Positions 11,684 to 20,964 of a DNA stretch of 64,000 nucleotides are shown one piece after another. Positions within the stretch are counted from its first letter, which is position 1, and each line of letters begins with the position of its first letter. Source of the stretch: an uncultured Chloroflexia bacterium (GTDB lineage: Bacteria > Chloroflexota > Limnocylindria > Limnocylindrales > CSP1-4); contig CAVUWG010000007.1 in NCBI GenBank assembly GCA_963745295.1, positions 258,382 to 322,381 of the forward strand. Reading direction: 5' to 3'. The translations under genes were made by a program, and so were the position numbers. The notes under the pieces are model-generated. The model was not told where the DNA came from. It worked only from the letters and a program-made list of their open reading frames with translations, and made no database searches.

Positions 11684-12491
11684 ATGGCCGTTCGCGACAC
11701 GGTGACCGACGAGGCGTCCGCAAGCGAGGCCGACTCGCTCGCGCCGGCGGTGACCCGCGCCGCGCTCATCCTCGATGTCCTCGCGGAAGCGGGCGGCGAG
11801 CCGGTCGGCCCGAGCGAGCTGGCCCGCCGATTGGCACTGCCCAAGTCATCGATCGCCAACATCTGTGGCGCCCTGGCCGACGCCGGGCTGGTCCGTCGGA
11901 TCGGTACGGGGTTCGCGCTCGGTCGCCGGCTCGCCGAGCTCGGCGGCGCCTACCTGGTGACCGTGGACCAGGTCCAGGAGTTCTACGAGGCATCGCGCCT
12001 GCTGCCGACCGGCTCCGAGGAGACCGTCCAGTTCGCCGTGCTCGACGGTCTCGAGGTGACGTACCTCGCGCGCCACGACGGGCGCCAGCCCGTCCGACTG
12101 ACGTCCGGCATCGGTCGGCGCCTTCCGGCGTTTTCGACGGCGACCGGCAAGGCCGCCCTCGCCTCGCTCGACGACGCCGAATTGGGACGGCGGCTCGCCG
12201 GCCTGTCCGCCCTCCCCCAGGCCACGCCGCCGGGCGCACGCATCGGTCGAGGCGTTGCTCGCCGACCTGCACGACATCCGCCGTCGCGGGTACGCGATCG
12301 ACGACGAGGAGACCATGGAGGGGGTCGTCTGCTACGGCATCATGGTCCCGAGCCGCCAACCCGGCGAGGGACCGAACGCGGCGAGCATCACGCTCCTCAA
12401 GGTCCGCGCCACGCCCGAACGCGTGCCCGGACTGATCGAGGACCTCCACTGGCTGGCCGCCGAACTCTCCGACCCGCTGCAGCGCAGCTAG
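11684..12491 (+). pseudogene. IclR-family transcriptional regulator, reading frame broken once (about 12226-12236)
   Basis: N-terminal HTH and effector domain are in frame 11582+3n ('ALILDVLAEAGGEPVGPSELARRLALPKSSIANI...YLARHDGRQPVRLTSGIGRRLPAFSTATGKA'). The C-terminus 'LLADLHDIRRRGYAIDDEETMEGVVCYG...' is in frame 12255+3n. Deleting one nt in 'ccgccggg' restores 'ATPRAHASVEALLADL'. Confidence 0.7.
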
Positions 12492-12504
12492 CGACCAGAT
12501 CGGG

Positions 12505-13361
12505 TCAGCCGGGTCCGGGAGGCGGTACACGGAGCGGGCGGTCCCACCGAAGAGGGCGGCGCGTTCGTTCGCGCCAAGGCCGACGGTCAGCTCCCGTGCG
12601 GACTCGATCGTCTCCTGATACGAGGCCGCGAGCAGGCAGACCGGCCAGTCGGAGCCGAACAGCAGCCGGTCCGGACCGAAGGTCTCGAGCCCCACCTCCA
12701 CGAACGGGGCAAGGTCCCCGACCGTCCACGATGCCCATTCCGCCTCGGTCACGAGGCCGGAGAGCTTGCACCAGACGTTGGGCCGGGCGCCCAGCGCGCG
12801 GAGTCCCGCCGCCCATGCTTCGCGACCGCCGCCCAGGATCGGCGGCTTGGCGAGGTGATCGACCACGAACCGCAGGTTCGGCAACGCCTCGACGACGGCC
12901 AGCGCGGCCGGGAACTCGCGTGGCCGGATCAACAGGTCGTAGGCCAGGCCCGTCCGTTCGACCGCCTCGAGTCCGCGCCGAACGTCGCGTCGTCCCAGCC
13001 ACTCCGCGTTCGGCTCGTCATGGACCTGGTGGCGGATCCCGACCAGCCGGTCGCCGCCGGGACCCGCCCGCAACGCGGCGATCGTCGCGTCGACGCCGTC
13101 GGCGGTCAGGTCGACCCAGCCGACGACCCCGACGATGAACGGCGTGACGGCGGCGGTCGCGAGCAGGGTTCGGGATTCGGCGAGTTCGTGCCGAGCCTGG
13201 ACGACGATCGTGCCGTCCACGCCGGCGGTCGGCAGCAGCGGGGCAAGGTCCTCGGCCCCGAACCTGCGGACGATCGGGGCCACCGCCTCGGTCATCCATG
13301 GGTACTCCGCCTTGGCCGGGTCCCAGAGGTGATGGTGGGCGTCGATGACCGGCGCGGTCAT
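12505..13361 (-). CDS. Amidohydrolase-2 family lactonase (L-fucono-1,5-lactonase-like); 3' end uncertain
   Basis: 'MTAPVIDAHHHLWDP...VVDHLAKPP...KLSGL...LFGSDWPVC' are amidohydrolase_2 metal-ligand motifs. ATG 13361 overlaps the AKR stop (ATGA). Homology ends near 'ARSVYRLP', but the literal frame has no stop until 11766. Stops at 12505 and 12489 lie in the other two frames. Confidence 0.75.
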
Positions 13362-14392
13362 GACGGCGTGGGCGCGTCGGCGGCGATGAGCCGGGCGGAC
13401 CGCAACTCGTCCCACAGGGCGACCGGGATCGGCAGCTGCATCAGCGCCGGATACTCGTCGAGATGCTCGACGGTCCGGACCCCGGCGATCAGTCCGGTCA
13501 CCGCGGGATGGGCCAGCGGGAGCTGCATCGCGGCCGCTCGGAGCGGGACGCCGTGGCGTTCACACGCGGCGCCGAGCCCGCGTGCGCGCTCGAGGATCTC
13601 GGGCGAGGCCGGCCCATAGTCGAACGGCGCGCCCGGTCTTGGATCGGCCAGGACGCCGCTGTTCATCACCCCGCCGACAAGGACCGCGATGCCCCGCTCG
13701 AGACAGAGCGGCAACAGGTCGGGCAGGGCGTCCTGGTCGAGGAGCGTGTAGCGGCCCGCGAGCAGGAATACATCGACGTCGGCCTCGCGCGCGAAACGGG
13801 CCAGCATCGCCGACTGCTTCAGGCCGACGCCGATCGCGCCGACGACGCCCTCGTCCCGAAGTCGCTCGAGCGCGGGATACGCCTCCCCGATGGCCGCATC
13901 CCAATGGTCGTCGGGATCGTGGATGAAGACGATGTCGACCCGCGAGAGCCCGAGCCGTTCGAGGCTCTCGTCGATCGAGCGACGGACCCCGTCGGCGCTG
14001 TAGTCGAAGACGATGCGGCGGCCCGCCGTGTCGGCGTAGTAGGCATCGTCGCGACCATCGAGGGCCTGGTGATCGACGTCGGCATCCGGCCCGACATCTG
14101 CGCCGGCGCGAACCAGCCGACCGACCTTCGTGGAGACGACGAACTCGTCCCGCGGGCGACCGGCGAGACCCGCGCCGAGTCGTCGCTCCCCGGCGCCGTA
14201 GCCGTAGAGCGGGGCGACATCGAAGTAGCGGATGCCGAGGTCCCAGGCGTGCTGCACGACGGTCGTCGCGGCGACGTCATCGACCGGGGTGAACAGCCCG
14301 CCGATCGAGGCAGCGCCGAACCCGAGCCGAGTGACCGACAGGCCGGTCCGGCCCAGCGGGACGCGCGCGAACGGATCGTCGGTCAACGCCAC
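13358..14392 (-). CDS. Aldo/keto reductase (candidate L-fucose/6-deoxyhexose 1-dehydrogenase)
   Basis: 'LGRTGLSVTRLGFGAASIGG...YFDVAPLYGYGAGERRLG...VVSTKVG' is an AKR signature. GTG 14392 is taken as the start, next to GGAG; TTG two codons downstream is also possible. Confidence 0.85.
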   Translation of the reverse strand: MALTDDPFARVPLGRTGLSVTRLGFGAASIGGLFTPVDDVAATTVVQHAWDLGIRYFDVAPLYGYGAGERRLGAGLAGRPRDEFVVSTKVGRLVRAGADVGPDADVDHQALDGRDDAYYADTAGRRIVFDYSADGVRRSIDESLERLGLSRVDIVFIHDPDDHWDAAIGEAYPALERLRDEGVVGAIGVGLKQSAMLARFAREADVDVFLLAGRYTLLDQDALPDLLPLCLERGIAVLVGGVMNSGVLADPRPGAPFDYGPASPEILERARGLGAACERHGVPLRAAAMQLPLAHPAVTGLIAGVRTVEHLDEYPALMQLPIPVALWDELRSARLIAADAPTPS

Positions 14393-14559
14393 CTCCGGTC
14401 CACGGCGCGTCGTACGCCAAGCACGGTTGACGCCGTCACCTACGCTATCGTATCGTTCACTCCATCGTCCACGGGACAGTATACTGAACGTCAAGGAGCG
14501 GGCGTGGCCGTCCAGTCGATCCCCGGTTGCCTCGCGTCGGACTCGACAGGGCCACGACG

Positions 14560-15450
14560 ATGCGCCTGATCTCCTATCACCGGGCGGATGGCGGCGAGGG
14601 CCTCGGCGTGGTCTCGGATACGCGATGGATGCCGGCCTCGGAGCTCCTCCCCGACGGTCCGGCATCCATGGCGGCCCTCCTGGGTTCGGGACCGGCGACC
14701 GTCGGGGCCCTGGCCGCCGCCGCCCGACCTGAGCGCATCGCCGCCGACGGTCGCACCCTCGATGGGATCGACTGGCTCGCGCCCGTGCCGCGCCCCGGCA
14801 AGATCATCGGGATCGGGCGGAATTATCGGGACCACGCCCTGGAGGGGGGTTCGGAGCCGCCGCCCGCACCCCTGATCTTCGCCAAGTGGCCGACGTCGGT
14901 CATCGGGCCGGGGGCCGACATCCGCTGGGATCCGGCCCTCACGGCCCAGGTGGATTACGAGGCCGAGCTCGGCGTCGTCATCGGGAGCTACGCACGCCGC
15001 GTCGATGCGGCCGACGCGCTCGACTACGTCCTCGGCTATACGTGCATCAACGACGTCTCGGCGCGCGACCTCCAGTTCGGCGACGGGCAATGGACGCGCG
15101 GCAAGTCCCTCGACACGTTCTGCCCGATGGGGCCGTGGATCGTCACCGCCGACGAGATCCCCGACCCGCAGGCCCTCGACATCGCGTGTCGCGTCGGGGA
15201 GCGGGTGATGCAGCAGGCCAACACCGCCGACATGTACTTCGGGGTCGCGGCGATCATCAGTCATTGCTCGCAGGCGTTCACCCTGGAGCCCGGCGACGTC
15301 ATCGCCACCGGAACGCCCGGCGGCGTCGGGATCTTCCGCGATCCCCCGGTCCTGCTCGCTGATGGCGACGAGGTGACGATCGAGATCGAGCGGATCGGCC
15401 GGCTGACCAACACCTGTCGCTTCGAGCCCGCGAGGGTCCCGGTCTCGTGA
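14560..15450 (+). CDS. Fumarylacetoacetate hydrolase (FAH) family protein (candidate 2,4-diketo-3-deoxy-L-fuconate hydrolase)
   Basis: 'KIIGIGRNYRDHA...VDYEAELGVVIG...INDVSARDLQ...QWTRGKSLDTFCPMGPW...LEPGDVIATGTPGGVG' are canonical FAH motifs. Confidence 0.9.
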   Translation: MRLISYHRADGGEGLGVVSDTRWMPASELLPDGPASMAALLGSGPATVGALAAAARPERIAADGRTLDGIDWLAPVPRPGKIIGIGRNYRDHALEGGSEPPPAPLIFAKWPTSVIGPGADIRWDPALTAQVDYEAELGVVIGSYARRVDAADALDYVLGYTCINDVSARDLQFGDGQWTRGKSLDTFCPMGPWIVTADEIPDPQALDIACRVGERVMQQANTADMYFGVAAIISHCSQAFTLEPGDVIATGTPGGVGIFRDPPVLLADGDEVTIEIERIGRLTNTCRFEPARVPVS

Positions 15451-16463
15451 CCGGAGGCAACGAACGCTTCCTCGTCACCGGGGCACTCGGCTGCATCGGC
15501 GCGTGGACGGTCCGGACCCTCGCCCGTGAAGGCGCCGACGTCATCGGCTTCGACGTCGGCAGCGACCCGCGCCGGCTGCGCCTGATCATGTCGCCCGAAG
15601 AGCTCGACGCCGTCACGCTCGAGACCGGCGACATCACGGACCTCGCGGCGCTGGAGTCGGTCATCGACCGCCACGGGATCACGAACGTCATCCACCTCGC
15701 CGCGCTGCAGGTGCCCTTCTGCCGGGCGGATCCGCCGCTCGGTGCCAAGGTCAACGTCCTCGGCACGGTGAACGTGTTCGAGGCCGTCAAGCGCCGGGGC
15801 GTCGGCATGGCGCCGGTCGTCTACACGAGCTCGATCGCCGCGTTCGCCGACGACGATGCAGACCCGGCGACGGGCCGTCTCACCGTCGAGGCGACCGGCC
15901 ATCCGCGCACCCACTACGGCGTCTACAAGGTGGCCAACGAGGGCAACGCCCGGGTCTACTGGCTCGACGACGGCGTGCCCAGCATCGGGTTGCGGCCGAT
16001 GACGGTCTACGGCGTCGGGCGCGACCAGGGCATGACGAGCGGCCCGACGAAGGCCGTCGTGGCCGCGGTGCTCGGCCTGCCGTACACGGTCGCGTTCGGC
16101 GGGCCGACCCTGTTCCAGTACGCCGAGGACGTCGCCCGGACGCTCATCGCGGCGAGCCGGAGTCGCGTCGCCGCCGCCCACGTCTTCAACCTGCCCGGCG
16201 AGGTGGCCGATGGTCCGGCCCTCGTCGAGGTCATCGAGGCGGCCGTGCCCGGATCGACGGGCCGCGTCACGTTCGAACCGGTCAGCCTGCCCTTCCCGTT
16301 CGAGATCGATCACGACGGCATCGAGGCCCTGGGGCCGCTCCCGGTCACGCCCTTCGCCGCCGGCATCGAGGCCAGTGTCGCGATCTACCGGGAGCTGGCG
16401 GCACGGGGCCGGCTCGATCCGGCCGAGCACGGCCTCGACGTCGCATCGAGGGCCACCTCCTAG
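15447..16463 (+). CDS. NAD-dependent epimerase/dehydratase-type extended SDR
   Basis: GTGA overlap with the FAH stop. 'FLVTGALGCIGAWTVRTL' Rossmann motif and 'YGVYKVANE' YxxxK catalytic motif. Confidence 0.8.
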   Translation: MTGGNERFLVTGALGCIGAWTVRTLAREGADVIGFDVGSDPRRLRLIMSPEELDAVTLETGDITDLAALESVIDRHGITNVIHLAALQVPFCRADPPLGAKVNVLGTVNVFEAVKRRGVGMAPVVYTSSIAAFADDDADPATGRLTVEATGHPRTHYGVYKVANEGNARVYWLDDGVPSIGLRPMTVYGVGRDQGMTSGPTKAVVAAVLGLPYTVAFGGPTLFQYAEDVARTLIAASRSRVAAAHVFNLPGEVADGPALVEVIEAAVPGSTGRVTFEPVSLPFPFEIDHDGIEALGPLPVTPFAAGIEASVAIYRELAARGRLDPAEHGLDVASRATS

Positions 16464-16468
16464 CGGCG

Positions 16469-17644
16469 TCAGCCCGCGTCGAGCGCCTGGGCCAGGTCTG
16501 CGATCAGGTCGTCGATCCCCTCGATCCCGACCGACAGCCGGATCAGTGCGGGATCGACTTCCAGCGGCGACCCGGCCACCGACAAGTGGGTCATCGCCGC
16601 CGGGACCTCGATGAGCGATTCGACGCTGCCGAGCGATTCGGCGAGCGTGAAGAGCCGGGTGCCCTCGGCGACGGCGATCGCCCGGGCCGCCGCGGAGCGC
16701 TCCGTCCCCGCGCCCGGCGCCGGCACGAACGAGACCATCCCGCCCCAGCCCGGGTAGTGCACGGTGGCGACGTCGGGGCGGGCGCGCAGGAACGCCGCGA
16801 TCGCCGCGGCATTGGTGCCATGCCGTTCCACGCGCAGGTGCAGCGTCCGCAGGCCGCGCAGCACCAGGAAGCAGTCCAGGGGCCCGGGCACGGCGCCCAT
16901 CGCGTTCTGGAGGAACCGGAGGCGCTCCGCCACGGCCTCGTCGGAGGTGACCGCCACGCCGAGGATCGTGTCGGAGTGGCCGGCGAGGTACTTCGTGGCC
17001 GAGTGGAAGACGATATCGGCGCCCAGCTCGAGCGGCCGTTGCAGGGCCGGCGACGCGAACGTGTTGTCGATGACGACGAGCGGTCGTCGACCGCCTTCGG
17101 CCGCACGGCGGGCCACGACGGCCACCGCCGCGGCGATATCGACGACCTTCAGATACGGGTTCGAGGGTGACTCGAACCAGACGAGGCGGGTCCGCTCGGT
17201 CAGGGCCTCCCACAGGACGTCCGGCCCGGCCGAGAGGTCCACGTAGCGCGAATCCACGCCGGCCGCTCGGCGGACGTGCTCGAGGTATCGGAACGTGCCG
17301 CCGTAGACGTCATCGCCGACGACGATCTCGTCGCCGGGCTGGGCCAGTTCGGCGAGCGCGGCCGTGACCGCCGAACCCGAGGCGAACGCGATGCCGTGGG
17401 TCCCGTGCTCGAGTTCCGCGACCGCGCGTTCCAGCCGTTCCCGCGTGGGGTTCTGCGAGCGGGCGTACTCGTAGCCGCCGCGCGGATCCCCGACCCCGTC
17501 CTGGGCGAACGTGCTCGTCTGGTAGATGGGCGGGCTGACGGCACCGGTCAGCTCGTCGGGCTCGGCTCCGGCGTGGACGGCCAGCGTGTCGAACGAGGGT
17601 CGCGCCCGGCCGGCATCGGTCCTGTGGGTCGGCATGGCGGCCAT
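16469..17644 (-). CDS. Cys/Met-metabolism PLP enzyme (cystathionine gamma-lyase/gamma-synthase family)
   Basis: 'PPIYQTSTF...YARSQNPTRERLE...ESPSNPYLKVVDI...HSATKYLAGHSD' includes the PLP-lysine motif. ATG 17644 is in frame with ORF 16469..18115. Confidence 0.9.
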   Translation of the reverse strand: MAAMPTHRTDAGRARPSFDTLAVHAGAEPDELTGAVSPPIYQTSTFAQDGVGDPRGGYEYARSQNPTRERLERAVAELEHGTHGIAFASGSAVTAALAELAQPGDEIVVGDDVYGGTFRYLEHVRRAAGVDSRYVDLSAGPDVLWEALTERTRLVWFESPSNPYLKVVDIAAAVAVVARRAAEGGRRPLVVIDNTFASPALQRPLELGADIVFHSATKYLAGHSDTILGVAVTSDEAVAERLRFLQNAMGAVPGPLDCFLVLRGLRTLHLRVERHGTNAAAIAAFLRARPDVATVHYPGWGGMVSFVPAPGAGTERSAAARAIAVAEGTRLFTLAESLGSVESLIEVPAAMTHLSVAGSPLEVDPALIRLSVGIEGIDDLIADLAQALDAG

Positions 17645-17660
17645 GATGGCATCCGCGCGG

Positions 17661-18215
17661 TCAGGCCGTGGGTGGCCAGTCGTCGAGCTCGAAGACGAGT
17701 TCGGTCCCGTCGATGTCGTCGAGCTGGACGCCGGCCGCATGGAAGCCGAACCTGGCCACGACGGCGAGCGAGGCGACGTTGTCGGGCGCGATGGCGGCCC
17801 GGAACCGTCGCACGCCGTGCTCGCGGGCGGCCCAGTCGAACAACGACCGGACGGCCTCGGTGGCCACGCCCTGGCGGCGGTACTCGGGCTCGACGTGGTA
17901 CCCGACCTCCACTCGCCCTGTCGGGTCCGGTGGGCCGTGGAAGCCGACCGAGCCGATGACCCGCGGACCGTCCGCCTCGATCGCCACGATGGCTCGTCCG
18001 AGCCACGGCTGCACGGCCGGGTCCTCGGTGAGGTCGGCGATCCGGAACTGGAGGAACCCGTCGAGGCGGTCCGGCAGGTCGGCCGGGACCGCGGCGCCGA
18101 TCGCGGTCGCGGCACCCGCCAGGTCCCGGGCGAGCAACGAGCGCATGAACGGCACCGACATCGAGACCAGCGAGTACCTGGGGGTCGGGATCGGGGGGAC
18201 GTTCGGGTCGGTCAC
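17661..18215 (-). CDS. GNAT-family N-acetyltransferase
   Basis: 'IGSVGFHGPPDPTGRVEVGYHVEPEYRRQGVATEAVRSLFDWA...APDNVASLAVVARFGF' is the acetyl-CoA binding motif A region. Confidence 0.8.
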   Translation of the reverse strand: MTDPNVPPIPTPRYSLVSMSVPFMRSLLARDLAGAATAIGAAVPADLPDRLDGFLQFRIADLTEDPAVQPWLGRAIVAIEADGPRVIGSVGFHGPPDPTGRVEVGYHVEPEYRRQGVATEAVRSLFDWAAREHGVRRFRAAIAPDNVASLAVVARFGFHAAGVQLDDIDGTELVFELDDWPPTA

Positions 18216-18388
18216 GCCGGCATCATCGCAGCCGATGCATCGGGCGAACGTGCCGGGGGCCGTCCGGCTCGACGAAAAATGAGGGCGAACGTCCGTCCGG
18301 GATAAGGCATCAGACGATGGCGGGGCCGTCCTGGGTGTCTAGCGTGAGGGTCACCAGATCGACATCCGATCTCGATGAGGAGACCCAG

Positions 18389-18586
18389 ATGCATCCCTTC
18401 GCCAGCCTCCTTGCAGCCAACGACATCGAGGCCGGGGCTCGGCAGCGGATCGACGCCGCGGCTCGTGCCATGTACGCGCGACCCGACGCCTTGCCGTTGC
18501 CACCGGAACCGGAGCGCCCCGGACTGATCGCGCGGATCGCGGGCCGGCTGCCCGTCATCCGGCGGGTCGTGTCCGGACGCGCCTAG
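18389..18586 (+). CDS. Hypothetical small protein (65 aa)
   Basis: gaggag lies 6 nt upstream of ATG 18389. No recognisable family; it could be a non-coding intergenic stretch. Confidence 0.25.
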   Translation: MHPFASLLAANDIEAGARQRIDAAARAMYARPDALPLPPEPERPGLIARIAGRLPVIRRVVSGRA

Positions 18587-18599
18587 TCACCGAGGCGTC

Positions 18600-20024
18600 T
18601 CAGCTGCCGCCGGTCGCGCCGTGATGCGTGAGGTACTCCAGCAAGTCGAGCTTTGTGACGACGCCGGCCGGCCGGCCCTCGCGAATCGCCACGAGCGCAT
18701 TGGCCCCGCCTGACAACAGGGCGAACGCCTCGTCGAGGGTGGCGTGCGCATCGACGAGCGGCAGCGGCGGGTCCATGACCTCGCCGACGGTTCGGTCCAC
18801 GACGCTGGGATCGCGGAAGGCACGGTCGAGGAGACCCTTCTCGCTGATCGAGCCGACCAGGCCCTTGACCGCCTCGCCGTCGGCGTCCTCGGAGACCGGC
18901 AGCTGGCTGATGCCGTACGTCTGGAGCGTGGCGATCGCGTTCCCGACGCGCTCGGTCGTCCGGGCGACCACGACGGTCGGGATGTCGGGTGCGTGGTGGC
19001 GGTCGGCCAGGAGCTCCGCGACGCGGGTGGCGGAGCCGGTCGTCGCGATCAGGGCGTTCGCGCGCATCCACTCGTCGTTGTAGATCTTGGAGAGGTAGCT
19101 GCGGCCGCTGTCGGGCAGCAGGACGACGACGACGGCCTCGCTGCCCTCCTTGTCTTGGCTCAGCTCCCGCACGACCTCGCGCGCAGCGACCATCGCGGTC
19201 CCGCACGAACCGCCCGACAGGATGCCCTCCTCACGCGTGAGCCGGCGGGCCATGGCGAAGGCGTCACGGTCGCTGACCCGGACCCATCGGTCGATGACGG
19301 CCGGGTCGTAGGTGCCGGGGAAGAAGTCCTCCCCCACCCCCTCGGTCAGGTACGGACGGGCGAGATCCCCGGACAGGACGCTGCCCTCGGGGTCCGCGCC
19401 GATGACCCGGACGGCCGGGTCCTGGGCCTTCAGGAAATGGGCTGCGCCCGAGATCGTCCCGCCGGTCCCGACGCTCGCCACGAAATGCGTGATCCGGCCG
19501 TCGGTCTGCTCCCAGAGCTCGGGGCCGGTGGTCTGCTCGTGGGCGGTCGGGTTCTCCTGGTTCCAGTACTGGTCGGGCTTGAAGGCGCCAGGGATGTCGC
19601 GGGCCAGCCGTGCCGCCACGCTGTAGTAGGACTCGGGCGACTCGGGCGCGACGTTGGTCGGGCACAGGACGACCTCGGCGCCATACGCCCGCAGCAGCTG
19701 TTGCTTCTCGGCGGACTGCTTGTCGGCCATGACGAAGATGCAGCGGTAGCCCTTGAGCGCCGCGGCGATCGCGAGGCCGTGGCCGGTGTTCCCCGACGTC
19801 GGCTCGATGATCGTGCCGCCCGGCTTGAGGAGGCCCGCCCGCTCGGCGGCCTCGATCATCGGGAGGCCGATCCGGTCCTTGACCGAGCCGCCGGGATTGA
19901 GCATCTCGAGCTTGGCCAGCAGCAGCGGCTGGCGTTCGAGCGGGCCGAGGTCGCGGACGACCCTGGTGATCCGGACCAGCGGGGTGTGGCCCACCAGGTC
20001 AAGGATGGACTCGGCGTACTGCAT
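18600..20024 (-). CDS. cbs: Cystathionine beta-synthase (PLP domain + C-terminal CBS pair)
   Basis: 'LEMLNPGGSVKDRIG...EPTSGNTGHGLA...VGTGGTISG', followed by a tandem CBS-domain tail ('VSEDADGEAVKGLVGSISE...LVAIREGRPAGVVTKLDLL'). Confidence 0.9.
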   Translation of the reverse strand: MQYAESILDLVGHTPLVRITRVVRDLGPLERQPLLLAKLEMLNPGGSVKDRIGLPMIEAAERAGLLKPGGTIIEPTSGNTGHGLAIAAALKGYRCIFVMADKQSAEKQQLLRAYGAEVVLCPTNVAPESPESYYSVAARLARDIPGAFKPDQYWNQENPTAHEQTTGPELWEQTDGRITHFVASVGTGGTISGAAHFLKAQDPAVRVIGADPEGSVLSGDLARPYLTEGVGEDFFPGTYDPAVIDRWVRVSDRDAFAMARRLTREEGILSGGSCGTAMVAAREVVRELSQDKEGSEAVVVVLLPDSGRSYLSKIYNDEWMRANALIATTGSATRVAELLADRHHAPDIPTVVVARTTERVGNAIATLQTYGISQLPVSEDADGEAVKGLVGSISEKGLLDRAFRDPSVVDRTVGEVMDPPLPLVDAHATLDEAFALLSGGANALVAIREGRPAGVVTKLDLLEYLTHHGATGGS

Positions 20025-20075
20025 CGCGGGCGAGTATAGGGGCCGGTCGCGCGGTGTCGGGGCAGGTTCGTCGGT

Positions 20076-20963
20076 CTAGCCGTCGCGATCGATGCGGCCG
20101 GGTCGCAGCAGCAGCCAGGTCAGCCGCCGCCGGAGGCGTCGCGGATGTCCGGGCGGGTCAAGGGTCAGCGGATGCAGCTCCTCGACGACCGGGCCGAGGA
20201 TCGCGGCCAGCGAATCGCTCATCCGATGCGCGGTCTCGAGCTCCTCGCGGGAGCCGACCTCGGGCAGGGCGGCATCCGGCGCGAGTCCGGCGAGCGCGCG
20301 TGCTGTCGTCGTCGGCAGGATGCGCGACACCATCCGCTTGCCGAGGTACAGGTCCTCGGTCCCGACCATCGCGAACGGCACGATCGGGGCGTCCGTCCGC
20401 AGGGCGATGATCGCCCAGCCGGTGCGGAACGGTCCCAGGCGGCCGGGCGGACCGCTCACGGTGCCTTCCGGCATCTGGACGAAGACCGCGCCGTTCGCGA
20501 CGACCGCCCGCGCCGAGGCGACGTGCTGTTCCACGCCGATCCCGCCACGCCAGACCGGCAGCAGTCCGCCGAGGCGATGGACGAGCAATTCGCGCCAACG
20601 CGACGTGAAGGTCGATGGGGCGCTGCCGAGGAACCAGCACCGTGGGGCCGTCGGCAGCGCGTGCATGACCACGAACGGGTCCATCCATCCGCGATGGGCC
20701 GCGCCGACCAGCAGGTAGCCGCCATGCGGCAGGTGCTCGCGGCCCGACGTCCGGATCCGGAACCGGAAGCCCACGAAGATCACGAACCGCGCGACGAGCC
20801 GGAGGGCCCGGTACAGGATCGAGGCCTTCGCCTCGGGCGGGCGTCCCAGCCAGGCGAGGCCCTCCAACGCGCCGCCCCGCGCGGCCGCCAGCGCCTCGGG
20901 CGAGACCCGGGCCGGCGGCGGGCGCCGTCGTCGGTCGTCCGGCGACGGCTCCGGGGCGGTCAC
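20076..20963 (-). CDS. Lysophospholipid (1-acyl-sn-glycerol-3-phosphate) acyltransferase
   Basis: HxxxxD box 'GAAHRGWMDPF' and 'FVQMPEGTVSG' (PEGT box) of the PlsC family. Confidence 0.8.
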   Translation of the reverse strand: MTAPEPSPDDRRRRPPPARVSPEALAAARGGALEGLAWLGRPPEAKASILYRALRLVARFVIFVGFRFRIRTSGREHLPHGGYLLVGAAHRGWMDPFVVMHALPTAPRCWFLGSAPSTFTSRWRELLVHRLGGLLPVWRGGIGVEQHVASARAVVANGAVFVQMPEGTVSGPPGRLGPFRTGWAIIALRTDAPIVPFAMVGTEDLYLGKRMVSRILPTTTARALAGLAPDAALPEVGSREELETAHRMSDSLAAILGPVVEELHPLTLDPPGHPRRLRRRLTWLLLRPGRIDRDG

Positions 20964-20964
20964 G

